A DNA stretch of 64,000 bases from assembly GCA_965235115.1 (NCBI GenBank), contig OZ249436.1, forward strand, positions 44,456,001-44,520,000, read 5' to 3'. Source of the stretch: Laetmonice hystrix (taxonomy: Eukaryota). A model generated the notes under the pieces. That model was given only the letters and a program-made list of their open reading frames with translations, was not told the origin of the DNA and searched no databases. Of this stretch, positions 39,199-51,514 are shown one piece after another. The position numbers and the translations under genes were made by a program. How positions within the stretch are numbered: the first letter of the stretch is position 1; each line of letters opens with the position of its first letter.

Positions 39199-40125
39199 AA
39201 TCGTAGGGTGTGTCAAAAGTTGGTCTGAACACTCCACAACACGGTGTGTATATAACAATCGTAGGGTGTGTCAAAAGTTGGTCTGAACACTCCACAACAC
39301 GGTGTGTATATAACAATCGTAGGGTGTGTCAAAAGTTGGTCTGAACACTCCACAACACGGTGTGTATATAACAATCGTAGGGTGTGTCAAAAGTTGGTCT
39401 GAACACTCCACAACACGGTGTGTATATAACAATCGTAGGGTGTGTCAAAAGTTGGTCTGAACACTCCACAACACGGTGTGTATATAACAATCGTAGGGTG
39501 TGTCAAAAGTTGGTCTGAACACTCCACAACACGGTGTGTATATAACAATCGTAGGGTGTGTCAAAAGTTGGTCTAAACACTCCACAACACGGTGTGTATA
39601 TAACAATCGTAGGGTGTGTCAAAAGTTGGTCTGAACACTCCACAACACGGTGTGTATATAACAATCGTAGGGTGTGTCAAAAGTTGGTCTGAACACTCCA
39701 CAACACGGTGTGTATATAACAATCGTAGGGTGTGTCAAAAGTTGGTCTGAACACTCCACAACACGGTGTGTATATAACAATCGTAGGGTGTGTCAAAAGT
39801 TGGTCTGAACACTCCACAACACGGTGTGTATATAACAATCGTAGGGTGTGTCAAAAGTTGGTCTGAACACTCCACAACACGGTGTGTATATAACAATCGT
39901 AGGGTGTGTCAAAAGTTGGTCTGAACACTCCACAACACGGTGTGTATATAACAATCGTAGGGTGTGTCAAAAGTTGGTCTGAACACTCCACAACACGGTG
40001 TGTATATAACAATCGTAGGGTGTGTCAAAAGTTGGTCTGAACACTCCACAACACGGTGTGTATATAACAATCGTAGGGTGTGTCAAAAGTTGGTCTGAAC
40101 ACTCCACAACACGGTGTATATAACA
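39199..40125. repeat. Minisatellite, 58-bp unit, 16 near-identical copies
   Basis: aatcgtagggtgtgtcaaaagttggtctgaacactccacaacacggtgtgtatataac. Confidence 0.97.
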
Positions 40126-40335
40126 AGTCCACTTCATGGTACCATGAAACTCTATTCATTCAGACGGTCGGGACACTGGCGACACACAAAGTCGTTCACA
40201 ACTGGTTTTATATTCTTAAAAACAATCTCATGTATATAGTTGTAAAGAAAATGTTAGACATTGTATAGATACCAAACCAGTCTTGTCAGTTGACCTGAGC
40301 ATATGTAGCAACTAATGATTGAGTAGAGGGCAAGA

Positions 40336-40659
40336 TATATGGAAATCATCCAGAAACTCGGCTTGGTGAAAGAGTATATGGAAATCATCCAGAACCTCGG
40401 CTTGGTGAAAGAGTATATGGAAATCACCCAGAAACTCGGCTTGGGGAAAGAGTACCGGTATATGGAAATAACCCACTGACTCGGCTTGGGGAAAGAGTAC
40501 CGGTATATGGAAATAACCCACTGACTCGGCTTGGGGAAAGAGTATATGGAAATCACCCATGGACTCGGCTTGGGGAAAGAGTATATGAAAATCACCCATT
40601 GACTCGGCTTGGGGAAAGAGTATATGGAAATCACCCATTGACTCGGCTTGGGGAAAGAG
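40336..40659. repeat. Minisatellite, 39/45-bp unit, ~8 copies
   Basis: actcggcttggggaaagagtatatggaaatcacccattg variants. Confidence 0.9.
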
Positions 40660-40921
40660 GGTGGGTGGGTATTTGGGGTTTTACGCCTTGCAACAGCCAG
40701 GGTCATATCACGGCGGTGAAGATGATGATGAAAGTCAGTTTTTCTTGGTGGAGGAAACCGGAGTGCCCGGAGGAAACCACCGACCTTCGGGAAGGAACTG
40801 ACTTACAAACCTTTCACACATGCAGCCCTGGCCGGGAATCGAACCCGGACCGCAGCGGTGTGAGGTGATGGTCCTAGGTGTCATGAGCCAGCACCTTTGA
40901 CCACTCGGCCACCCGAGGCCC
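40660..40921 (-). mobile_element. Full-length tRNA-derived SINE with 13-bp TSD
   Basis: Minus strand has A box tggccgagtgg, B box ggttcgattcc, core tcctccgggcactccggtttcctccacca (resembles the MESC/Meta-type SINE core, from recall) and a simple-repeat tail. TSD cttggggaaagag at 40647-40659 and 40922-40934. Confidence 0.88.
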
Positions 40922-43900
40922 CTTGGGGAAAGAGTACCATATCAAAAGTCTTCATGTAGCTGTTGTCTTGTGGTCGCTGTACCCCATAGATACTTGTGCA
41001 ATAGACACTTTATCTATAACCTGCTTCCGTCAGTCGATCTCCCACCCAACCCCCACCCACCCCCACCACACCCTCACGCATACCCACCCCACCCCCACCC
41101 CCACCCCCACCCCCACCCCTTCCGGCTACGGGCTGCCTCTGTAACGGGTGATTAAAATCGCATGACAGGCCTTCATTCGCCAATATTTGTGACAAAGTGA
41201 TATGATATGGCTTCTGGTGGGTTACACTTGTAAGTCACTACAATTAGAAAAGAGCATATAGAAAAAAACTTGAAGTAAAAGAGTGCACGGTTCGACACAT
41301 TGTTCAATGTTCTACATCAGGATATATCGTCCTTTCTGCCCCGAATATCAGCAGTTAAAGGTATTAAAAATCAAACTTCTCCAATACTCCTTGTATCTCA
41401 CATTTCTTGAGGTGAGAGCTGGGGTTTCTTCAGTTAGAAATTAATCAGAGAATCCTTCCCGGAGGTGTCAACTGATCCATTTTGTAGGTCAGAGCATCAA
41501 GGAGCCCGGATGTGTAACATGGCTTGACGCACAAGTTGTCACCGTACAGTTGAGCAAAATGTTAAGGAAGGTCGTCAGTGTATGCCAGCACTACAGTGGT
41601 AAAACCTCCCGAATTCAACATGATTATTTAACCTCAGTAGGCCTATATGAGATCGGATTGTTCGGGAAACACTGGGAATTCAGTTTTAATAGTCTAACAT
41701 GAAATAGGTATGAGATAGAGCAGTGATCCATAGGATACGGGTCAGGAACTCAGGCTTGAACTCTGGTCGTGCTAACCGAGACTTTGAGCCGTTGTAACCG
41801 AGACAACTATACTACCTGACTTTTGACATCAGTCGCTAGGGGGCGCTGGTACTGGTTCTTTTGACATGAACTCGGTACGAGTGTTTTCAGTGATTGAGTG
41901 CGTGTCGCAGTCGTTCAGAGGACTATAGGCCTATGAACCTCTGGTTGATAAAGTGTGAGAAAGTTTGTCAGTTATTTGATGCAAGGAGTCATGATCCCTC
42001 AACCCCTATCCCATCCCTATAACCAATCGTTATCCCTGCTTTAAAAAATCGGCGTTCAACCAAGCAATGCTAAGCCAAGCAATTACTAAGCTTCTCGTTA
42101 TAAACTATATGGTTGGTGTACCTAGCAGTGAACTGAGAGTCCACTCGTTCATAAAGTCGTTATTAACGAGAAGCATACTGTTATTTCTACACAAGATTAC
42201 AAGATTGCCCCCCCCCCCCCCCCACACAGTCTGACTAGAGATTAGACATAATATCCCTGCCGCTGTGAAGGGTGAAATTGCCACCGTCGCCGGACGTGTA
42301 GATCGGGACATAGACCTACTTTCGGCAAGTCGTATTATAACGGTATCTTTCATCTCCCCATGGATACCACAAAACCATTGACAGAGACCACACGGTCTAT
42401 TTTGTGGTCATATAGGCCAAGAATCTGAACTTCCTTGTTGAAGCGAGAACTGTAGGGCAAGACAGGTCTGCCTCTCATCAAGTCTCCTTCAATGTTAGTC
42501 CTAATTAGTATACCGCTCTAAAGACGTGGTAACGAGCCCTATTTATTTTAATTAGCAAATCATTGATGTATAGATTGATGTAGCCTATAGGCTACAGAAC
42601 ATTGAGAAATGATTATTGACCCCTAACAGCTGCACATAACAGCCGGTAACAACCATGGTGTGACGAATTCCTTTTATCAATAAAACTTGACATCCCATGC
42701 CTACTTTATCCTTTTTGTCATTGTCCTATTTGGCAAGGGCAGACGTAGGCCTTTGTAAAGGTAAGCGATAATGACGAATCTGTAGGCCTATGGGCCGTTC
42801 GCCCCTACACAAGAGGAAGAAGAATATATACAAAAAATAATAATAAATTTAAAGGAGAGGGTAAAAAGTTAGAAGGCCAAATAGGCCCTAGGGCCTAATG
42901 ATTACGATTCAATTCTATATTTTTCAAGTTATATGATAAATATAGGTTGAACAACCCACATAAAGACAATACGTAGGCTCTAGATCAGCCCTCTCTTGTC
43001 TGCCTATAGTTCATGATTTGTTTCTGATCAATACAACTTCAATCAATGAAAAAAGACGGACAGTAAGGACAACGAGACGACCGACGTCATGCCTACACCA
43101 AACAACGCGTAACGTTGTCAAGTGCCATCGATCTCCCGTCAAACGACGTCATAAAGGCTACCCTAGCAACGAGCGACACGAACCACCATCGACAGGTCGG
43201 CCTTCTGCCAACACGGCCGCCTGCATGCCATGGTCTCACCTCTACCCACAAACACAGCCAAACATCTAGGCCTACCAGAATAGACAACTATACGGTTAGT
43301 CATAACTGATACATGCAAGAAAACTCTAGGTCTAGACAGCGACGCCATCCAGTTCTAACTCGAGAGATAAATTACTCTGACCTTGTAGGTCGACCTCTAC
43401 TCCCTTTAGCTGAATCTTTAACCACTAATTAATGCCGTCCAATTAATCTAGGAGTGCAAAGGATATCAATAAATCATCAATAAACGTTATGCAATGAGCC
43501 CTAAATAGGCCTGTACCATCTATAATATATAGGCTAACATAGAAGCTTAGACTCCCTTCTCGTTTTAGGGTCATATATGAGCACATTGTTTATATATGAG
43601 CTCATAATTGCAACGGAATTGAGGATTTAATTTCTATACCGCTCCAGGACAAACCGGACTAGAAGGAATTGTACAGGCTCGCTGTTAACAAGTAGGCCTA
43701 AAGTTAAACCCTTGATCACTGTCAAACTACATATGAGCCGACGAAGCCACGATTTTAATCCTCCCTATAACAATCCTCCTGGGTTAGAAGCAGGGTTAGG
43801 TCACGTGCCTGTTAGGCCTAGCGCCTATCCTCCAGAAAATAGGCTTAACGCATAAACCAATTAAAATGGTTTGATCAAGAACGCTTGCTCATAGGCCCCC

Positions 43901-44118
43901 TATAGAAACGAATAAATCTAGATCCGCAACTGACATTGTTCATCCTCATCCTACCCTCCGCACTGCCTGTTTGTTTTCACGTATGACGTGAACATGACGT
44001 CGCCTTTTACGTTTCCATCCTGGTGTTGCATGCAAGGCCATAATCGACCTCGACTTCGCGTGAAAAGAGATGGTTGTATAATAGGAGCCGCCACCCTGCC
44101 GCGGTCCCATGCACTCAC

Positions 44119-44212
44119 GAAGATCCACCCGTATAGCTAACTGCCCATACACTTCGCCTACGAGGAATACGACCAGAAAATAGCTGCTGCGCCTTCTCCA
44201 TGTACAAATCAC
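44119..44212 (-). CDS. Candidate gene 1 signal-peptide exon, phase 0-1 (VICTWRRRSSYFLVVFLVGEVYGQLAIRVDL)
   Basis: Acceptor aagattcag| and donor CTTC|gtgagt. Basic residues then a hydrophobic core and VYG-Q cleavage-like site. Confidence 0.55.
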
Positions 44213-45142
44213 CTGAATCTTAGAAAATATAGGTCCTATACATTTTCAGGTTAGAGCCTTAAACGGGCATTAAATGTATAGAGGGTATCAACTGTGCTAC
44301 TGGTTATACGGTAGGGTCTTGTCCTTCCGAGTGAGAAACGTTGTACTGACAACCAATTAATGACCAAATTACTTTATTACTGGGGTGAAGATAAATAGTT
44401 GAGATAAAGTACTGCAATTGTTATGCAAACAGTTATACAACGGGGAAGTACTGACTCCGCCAAAACTACTCGTAAATCACGTGGGAATTGAGCCGGTCCT
44501 AACCCGGCCAGATGGGCGGAACCCTGACGGTCCTGGCCCGGCCAGATGGGAGGAACCCTTGTCCAGTTCCAGCTTAGGTGTGTTTTAAATCTGACCTCTA
44601 ACGTGACATCTGAAAACAAGCCAGTCGGGCTCATCTGAGGTCCGTTAGTGTACTGACCAGCCCGGTATGCGAAACTCATTGCGTGTTCTGTGGCCATACC
44701 GCTTTGATTCGTCCCATTGGGAAGTTTTTAGATTCCTGATAGAGCCAGTTCATTCCCATTCACCCACCACTTGTTAGCGTACCAGCCGAAGCATGTCGAA
44801 CTCACTGACACAGTGAGAGTTTTCGTCTACATCATGTGGTTTCTTATACTACATGATAATCTGTGGATAACCTACCTGTAAGACATGCTTGGAGAAGGAA
44901 AGCTGCAGGACATGGCCACCAATGCCTCCAAGTAAATTGCATGTCGACCTTTAGGATATACTCCCAGTCCTCACGACACACATTTCGTCACATTCCAACG
45001 TATACAGCCATTGACAGCAAACTTTTCTAAGTGGTTTCAGTTCATGTCGCTTCCCAAATCGTTGCTCCTTTTGCCGTATGAAGAAGTATCCAATATGCCG
45101 TAAAGTTCCCTTGTCCGACTCGCCATAAGGTGTCCTACTCAC

Positions 45143-45325
45143 ATGATCCCAACCTTTGGCGGCCCCAATACCTTGTCCTGTACTTGGACCAAAGTGTCCT
45201 GAAACTGTCCCGGTGTTGGTGAATGGGCCTCCGACTCCGAGGTGAATTCGTTGACGACTCAACCGTGTGTGGCTGTGACGAAATCGGCCTGGCGTGCCTG
45301 TCGCCCTGCATGCTTGAGCAGCCAT
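45143..45325 (-). CDS. Candidate first coding exon of gene 1 (MAAQACRATG...KGWDH)
   Basis: ATG in ccATGG context, 61 codons, phase-0 donor CAT|gtgagt matching exon 44212. Confidence 0.45.
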
Positions 45326-47219
45326 GGACTACTTCAAGCAAAAGGCCCGTAGGGCTCTCCCGGCACTGGGCCGGCCTATAGCAACCAGTGAACCTAACAA
45401 CCAGGTAAGCAGGCATCAGGGACCAGGCTGTGAGGCAAACTATGTCAATACACTCATAAAGATATCATTCCATAGGTTATACGAATATCACATATAATAT
45501 ATAATGGTCTATTATCATGAAGTTCTACAAGGAACTCTGTGCCATCCCAGAGTTAAGCGATTATTGAGATACGGATGTACAGTGATGTATTTTTATATAC
45601 ATGAGACTGATGCTTAGCCTGTGACAAACCCGAGGCGTTTTCACATGCATAACTTTCAGCTTCCAGTAAAATTTCACTTCCTCGTACAATCTGATTTGGT
45701 TGTGACTTTTTGTGTTCTGTGTACTCATCAAGGAATCAATAACCTAAAGAACCGCTACTGCCGACCTGTATTTTAACCATGATAATTCAAAGTTTTAAGA
45801 AAAGAGTTCATCAACTTAAACTATTTATGTATCATGGTAAGACGATTCATCTTTCTTTCTTTTTACTACTTTTTGTCTTTCTTCCTTTTTATTTCGTTTT
45901 TTTTTTAGTTTGCCACGTGAGACATTTTTGGAGCAGACGCCTCATAAGGTCTAACAATAGCGACAAGTGAGCCTGTGGACAATCGGTGATCAGATAATAG
46001 AATCAAGACACCAGGAAGACTGACTGTGCAACACACCCACCCACCCACACACCCACCCCACCCCCACCCCACCCCCACACACCCCACCCCCACCCCACCC
46101 CCACCCCCACCCCCAAACATTCCACGCACCCACCAACCGTGACCGGCACGCGTGCGTGCTTGTCATTTAATAAAGTCGCAACAGGTATGCGCTCTCATGG
46201 TCAGAACATGCTATTATCAGACGCTTCATTGTCAATGCTTCACATTTGCCTGGGTTGTGATGTTGGTTTTCAATATAAAATGCAAGTGAGCAAATCAAGC
46301 ACGCTGATCGGATATTTGAAATACCAACATGAATTTTTTATTATGAAGCATAGTCACGGTCTTGACCGATTGTGACACGGCAAGCTCGAGTCCTTTCGGC
46401 AATCTTCGGCAATCTTCGGGTCGTTCGGAGCAAGGACTCGTACAGATTACATATCACTCACAGCCCACATGCGCGCCACCTCACTCGTTAGCTTACTACA
46501 CCAGTGACATAAAGTAGGCCTAGGCATATCGAAGAGGGGCGCCAAGCAGTGATATTTCTTTATTTAAAATTACGCTGGGTGTTTGTCTTTAGATTAACCA
46601 CCGGTTCGGCTGGTGTCACCGGGAAATCCGCCATAGGGCCTAGCCTATAGCTTCTCAAAAGAAATAGGCCTATTTCGGCAAGCGGTGTCCGAGCTACCCA
46701 TACGCCCCTGCGGCTTTCGCAGGGCCCCGTGCAGGATGATGGTGTCAGCGGTCATTTCAGCAAATGGGCGCGAATAGAGCGTGATGATGCACACTTGGTT
46801 TCAAGCAGCCGTATTACTGAGTTACGGTTTTCTATTCTCTTCGGTTGTACTGGGATACCGCCGCTCATCCGCTAGAGGGCTCTGCATATATTCACGTATT
46901 ATTCTCACTAGAGGTCGCTGTTTGTTTAGTTCCCCGCTTCAGCACAAGGTGGCAGCAGTGGAACGTTTCGGAGGTCGTGCTGGGTCCGTCGTCATTCGGA
47001 AACATAAGGTTACCATCGGCTTTGCCCATAGTTAGAATTAAGTACCCCTGAGACACAATAGAAAAACCTGTTAATTATGATAACATTAAATTGGTGAGAT
47101 TGGTCTTTTATAGCACTGATTCTCTGTAAACCTGATCTGTATGAGGTTGGCAAAGTTTATGGTGGTCTTGTACAAACCTTCCAGGAGCTCGTTATGAAAG
47201 TTGATCCATCTAGTGTCGG

Positions 47220-47572
47220 AGGAATATGACAGGTCGGGCCCAGGAATATGACAGGTCGGGCCAAGGAATATGACAGGTCGGGCCAAGGAATATGACAGGT
47301 CGGGCCCAGGAAAATGACAGGTCCGACCCAGGAATATGACAGGTCGGGCCCAGCAATATGACAGGTCGGGCCTAGGAATATGACAGGTCGGGCCCAGCAA
47401 TATGTCAGGTCGGGCCCAGCAATATGTCAGGTCGGACCCAGGAATATGACAGGTCGGGCCCAGGAATATGACAGGTCGGGCCAAGGAATATGACAGGTCG
47501 GGCCAAGGAATATGACAGGTCGGGCCAAGGAATATGACAGGTCGGGCCCAGGAATATGACAGGTCCGACCCA
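47220..47572. repeat. Minisatellite, 21/22-bp unit, ~16 copies
   Basis: ggaatatgacaggtcgggcc(c)a. Confidence 0.95.
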
Positions 47573-50500
47573 GACCGATTGGTGGGCGGATTCCTTCAAG
47601 GGGATGCAGAAAATTTTGGGTTCCCCTGAATAGCAATTTAATGATTTGGGGTTTTCTTACAACCATTTTACGACTTTTTGAGGCGATTATCGCTTACTTA
47701 CAATCAATGAAGTCTGACTGGACACGGCTGTGGCCTGACAAACAGGATGTAAAACAGTATAACTAGAGATATAAAAATATAAGAAAGACACTATCTGTAA
47801 TAGAAGGATTTTACTGAACCGATTTGACTCTTTTACATAACATTTTGTGATGACGTCTGTGTGGCGATCTTTCCTTGAGTAGGATTACTGGTGATAGTTT
47901 GGTCACTCACTATCTATACAGGTCAAATGTTATCGAGTAGTACTGAGTACTATCTCCTTTCACTCACACCTCGGTTTTACAGACTACCGTAAAATACAAC
48001 TGTAGAGTACAACCGTAAAATACAACTGTAGAATACAACGGTAGCTCGCATGGCGCTAATTTGTATACGAAAAAATACACCAGTCTTGTGGATGAGGGAA
48101 CCATTTAACATTTTCTCCACGAATCATTAGCTTTTCTCTGTATGTGCTCTTCATGACTAACCTTACGCATCAACAAAACAGACCAAGCTACGCCTCTCGC
48201 TGCTGTACCACTCGTTTCCTGTCAGTCCACGAACGACTTTCCTTCAGACATTTTTGTGTAAATTTCCTGTAGTCTTTACATTTCGTAAAACACCTTGGTA
48301 TCATTTTGTATTATTTATTGATTTTGTCCTAAGTTTATTAGACTGTTTCGTAAAAAAACCTATGGTTGTACATATTGAATAAATAATTAATGCCATTTCA
48401 GCTCGGCTCAAAAACGTTAACAGTTATTTAACTGTTATAACAATTATCAAAATTGCCAAGTATCATATTTTTGGAGCTCCAAGAATACTGGTCGTATATA
48501 TCAACATTGCATATAGAGTAAAATACATCACACATTCTGATATCAACAATTCCTGGTAGAAAAGGCTCAATTTCCACAAACGCCAATAAACTGTTCATAT
48601 GATTACATACAACCCACATCAAACACTATGTATTCCGTCTTCCGCTTAAATTAATGTTTGTTATTGACCCAATTAGCCTATTACCACCGAAATATAGGCC
48701 TGAAACGGTTATAATTAGATAACACTTTACAAAGATAAATCTTTTCATTTCAGAAATTGAGATGGTGGCACTTATCAGATCTGACTTCCCCAGCTCCCGG
48801 GAACCGCAGATTCCCGCCGGCGGGAATATTGTCGTCTGCCCAGTCTCAATCCTAGTTCAGACGATTGTCAACAGGGGGCAGCATATGTACTCAATAACCT
48901 ACCGAGAGTGGTCTGTCGCAGATAACCGCTAAAGGCAACGATCCAATATGGTATTTCCTTGCGATGCCTCTGTGATTTCGTATGGTGACTACACGTATAA
49001 GAAAAACCGACTTTCCGACAATCTGGCAATGGGGGGGGGGGGGGGAGCCACATATGCATACTTACAAAAAATGCTAAATTTGTGCTGCTTTCCTTGCAGT
49101 TTGGGTGTAGCTCGTCGCATACGGATCATAGCCTTGAGAGTCATGAGGTCTGTCTTTGGATTGCTATCAACTTCCAAGCCAACCCCCTGTAACATCTCCC
49201 GGCAGAAGATAAACCATTAACTTACACCAGTCAACAGTAATCACAGATCGAAGAAATAGTAATTTAACTTCAGTTCAAGAGATCGTAAGTCTTGCGTAGT
49301 GCTTTTCTTCCCTTGTAAATTGGTAACATCTAGAACGCTTAGCTCTGTCCTCCTTTTTGACTTACAAAGAAAAGAAACGAACCTCGTATACTTAGAAGAG
49401 TATGTGTCCTTACCATTTCTTAAAACATTCTTTAAATATCGCACTGTTAATATAACATAATTATATACAATGTTAGCCATTATATCAACCAGGTGATTGA
49501 ATTAAAAGTCGTTGAAGCGGCCCTTTTACTGTTAGTCTTTATAAACCATATCTAGGTGTCAGAGTTGGCCGTGCGACACGCCGCCGATTTTTCATTCACC
49601 GACTTTACATTCATATAAATCCAACCCTGTGATTCATGGGATATATATATGATATATATAAGTCCATGCTATAACATTTAAGTTACCTTAAACAAAACGG
49701 AATCTCCTGCACAGGCCCAGTAAACGGAACGGAATCTCCTGCACAGGCCCAGTAAACGGAACGGAATCTCCTGCACAGACCCATTTTGTTTTAATAAGGT
49801 CAGAATATTAAAATTAAGTTTTGGCGAGCGGTTCTGAGTGGCTGACCATGTGTAAGTAACCACAAAGAAGCTCGCAGAAAACCGTTGCTATGATCAAGAA
49901 TCAATACGATTTAAAAACATAGGTGTCGAACACATCTACAACTTGGTCATACTTCCACATATACAGTCACCCATTTCAGGTATCACCATATAATATCCTG
50001 TCTCATCACTGTAGCACCAACGGTATACGAGTCAGCGCTTTATCAAATATTGCACACATTATCGCCCGTCCTACGGTAACCTACGACTATAGGTTTTATT
50101 CCAGAATTTTCCCATATCGCCATGGTAACTGACCAGAGCATGCTGGGACGAGACGATGAAGTCCTTTGGATTTCTACATCCTCGCACGGAGTAAACTCCA
50201 TGACGTGGGGTTGAATAAACAATTCCCAATAGAGCATCGTTCCGTCTTCACCGTATTCAAAAACACATTGACTAGCCTTATACTTCTCGTACCATGTCTT
50301 TACCATATGCGAACCATTATACAATTATTGTCCTTCAGTGGGGATCCAGGATTTTAATAACGGGGGGGCACCTAAAAAAAATAAAAAAATAAATTCCAAT
50401 TATTGCCATGGTCAATTTCAATGTTGCATGGCCCAGAGTTATGTTGCTCCTGGATGACGAGGCCCTTTTTTGGCCCGATGTTACTATCACGTACAATATA

Positions 50501-51514
50501 GGAGGCTTTTTTACAGACTTTTGTTGGAATCCTGGTTTCAGGGTCCGAATAATGCATCTCCATAAAAAAATGGGGGGCCCCTGGATCCCCCAGAGTCCTT
50601 ATTAACAGTTAGCCTGGGGGTAGGCCTATACGTACCCCCTTTTTGTCTTTGGAAAATTTCCCGACAGGGGATACATACGTACGTAAGTTGTTAGGTCCTT
50701 AGAATACATGTAAATCATATAATTATTGTCATGGTTCTATGTGGGGGTCTACGGTTCTTTCTCAGCATGTAGTGCCCTATGGAACGCGTGGGCCCTATAG
50801 AATGGACCACTCATCTGTATATCGAAGGACAGAAACCGAATCTACTATTATATTAGTAGGTCGATGTAAAACCGACAACTTTTCGAACCGAACGACCTTT
50901 ACTCGTTTAGTCGAATACCCATTGAACTCCGTCCAGGTTTCACAGACATGGGTAAGACTTCAATGTCGTCTCCTTGGCCTGATGTGTTTCATCTACGCGA
51001 AAAAAATATTGACGTGAAACTAACACATAGGCCTAGTATATTTCCACGTCTCTGTCTTAAATACCGACTTAACTTTGTTTTTATATATTCAATCTTGTAA
51101 GGATTAAATAATATGTACACATTCCGCTGTGATGTCACATTTCACCATTCGTACGGAGACGGCTGACCTTCGCTTTTTGTGAGTCGTATATATTTATAGG
51201 GAATCCTTACAAAGTAGAATTATTGAATCGGTTTGGCTTTAACGACCACAGACACAGGTGGCAAGCGCTCTGCTCGAAAACAGATTGCATTACAGTTTCA
51301 TTTGGCTGCATGTATCATCAATGCGTTATTCCCGTTTGCCGCAGAATACACGTTGTCTAGCACCTCTCTCAGTAGTAATTAACGTATACGTTCAACTATT
51401 TTTGTGCAAGTCCTTTAAGAGTTCCAACACGAAATAAACGTACTGAGCCTACGTCATGACGTCCGATGAAATTATTTTTAGATCGGCGCGACGTGATGTG
51501 ACGTCACGATTCGA

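Noticed and set aside
48428..50324. Several 60-93-aa minus-strand ORFs between the two genes
   Set aside because: No consistent splice chain or domain; interrupted by stops and a MITE-like insert at ~50336.
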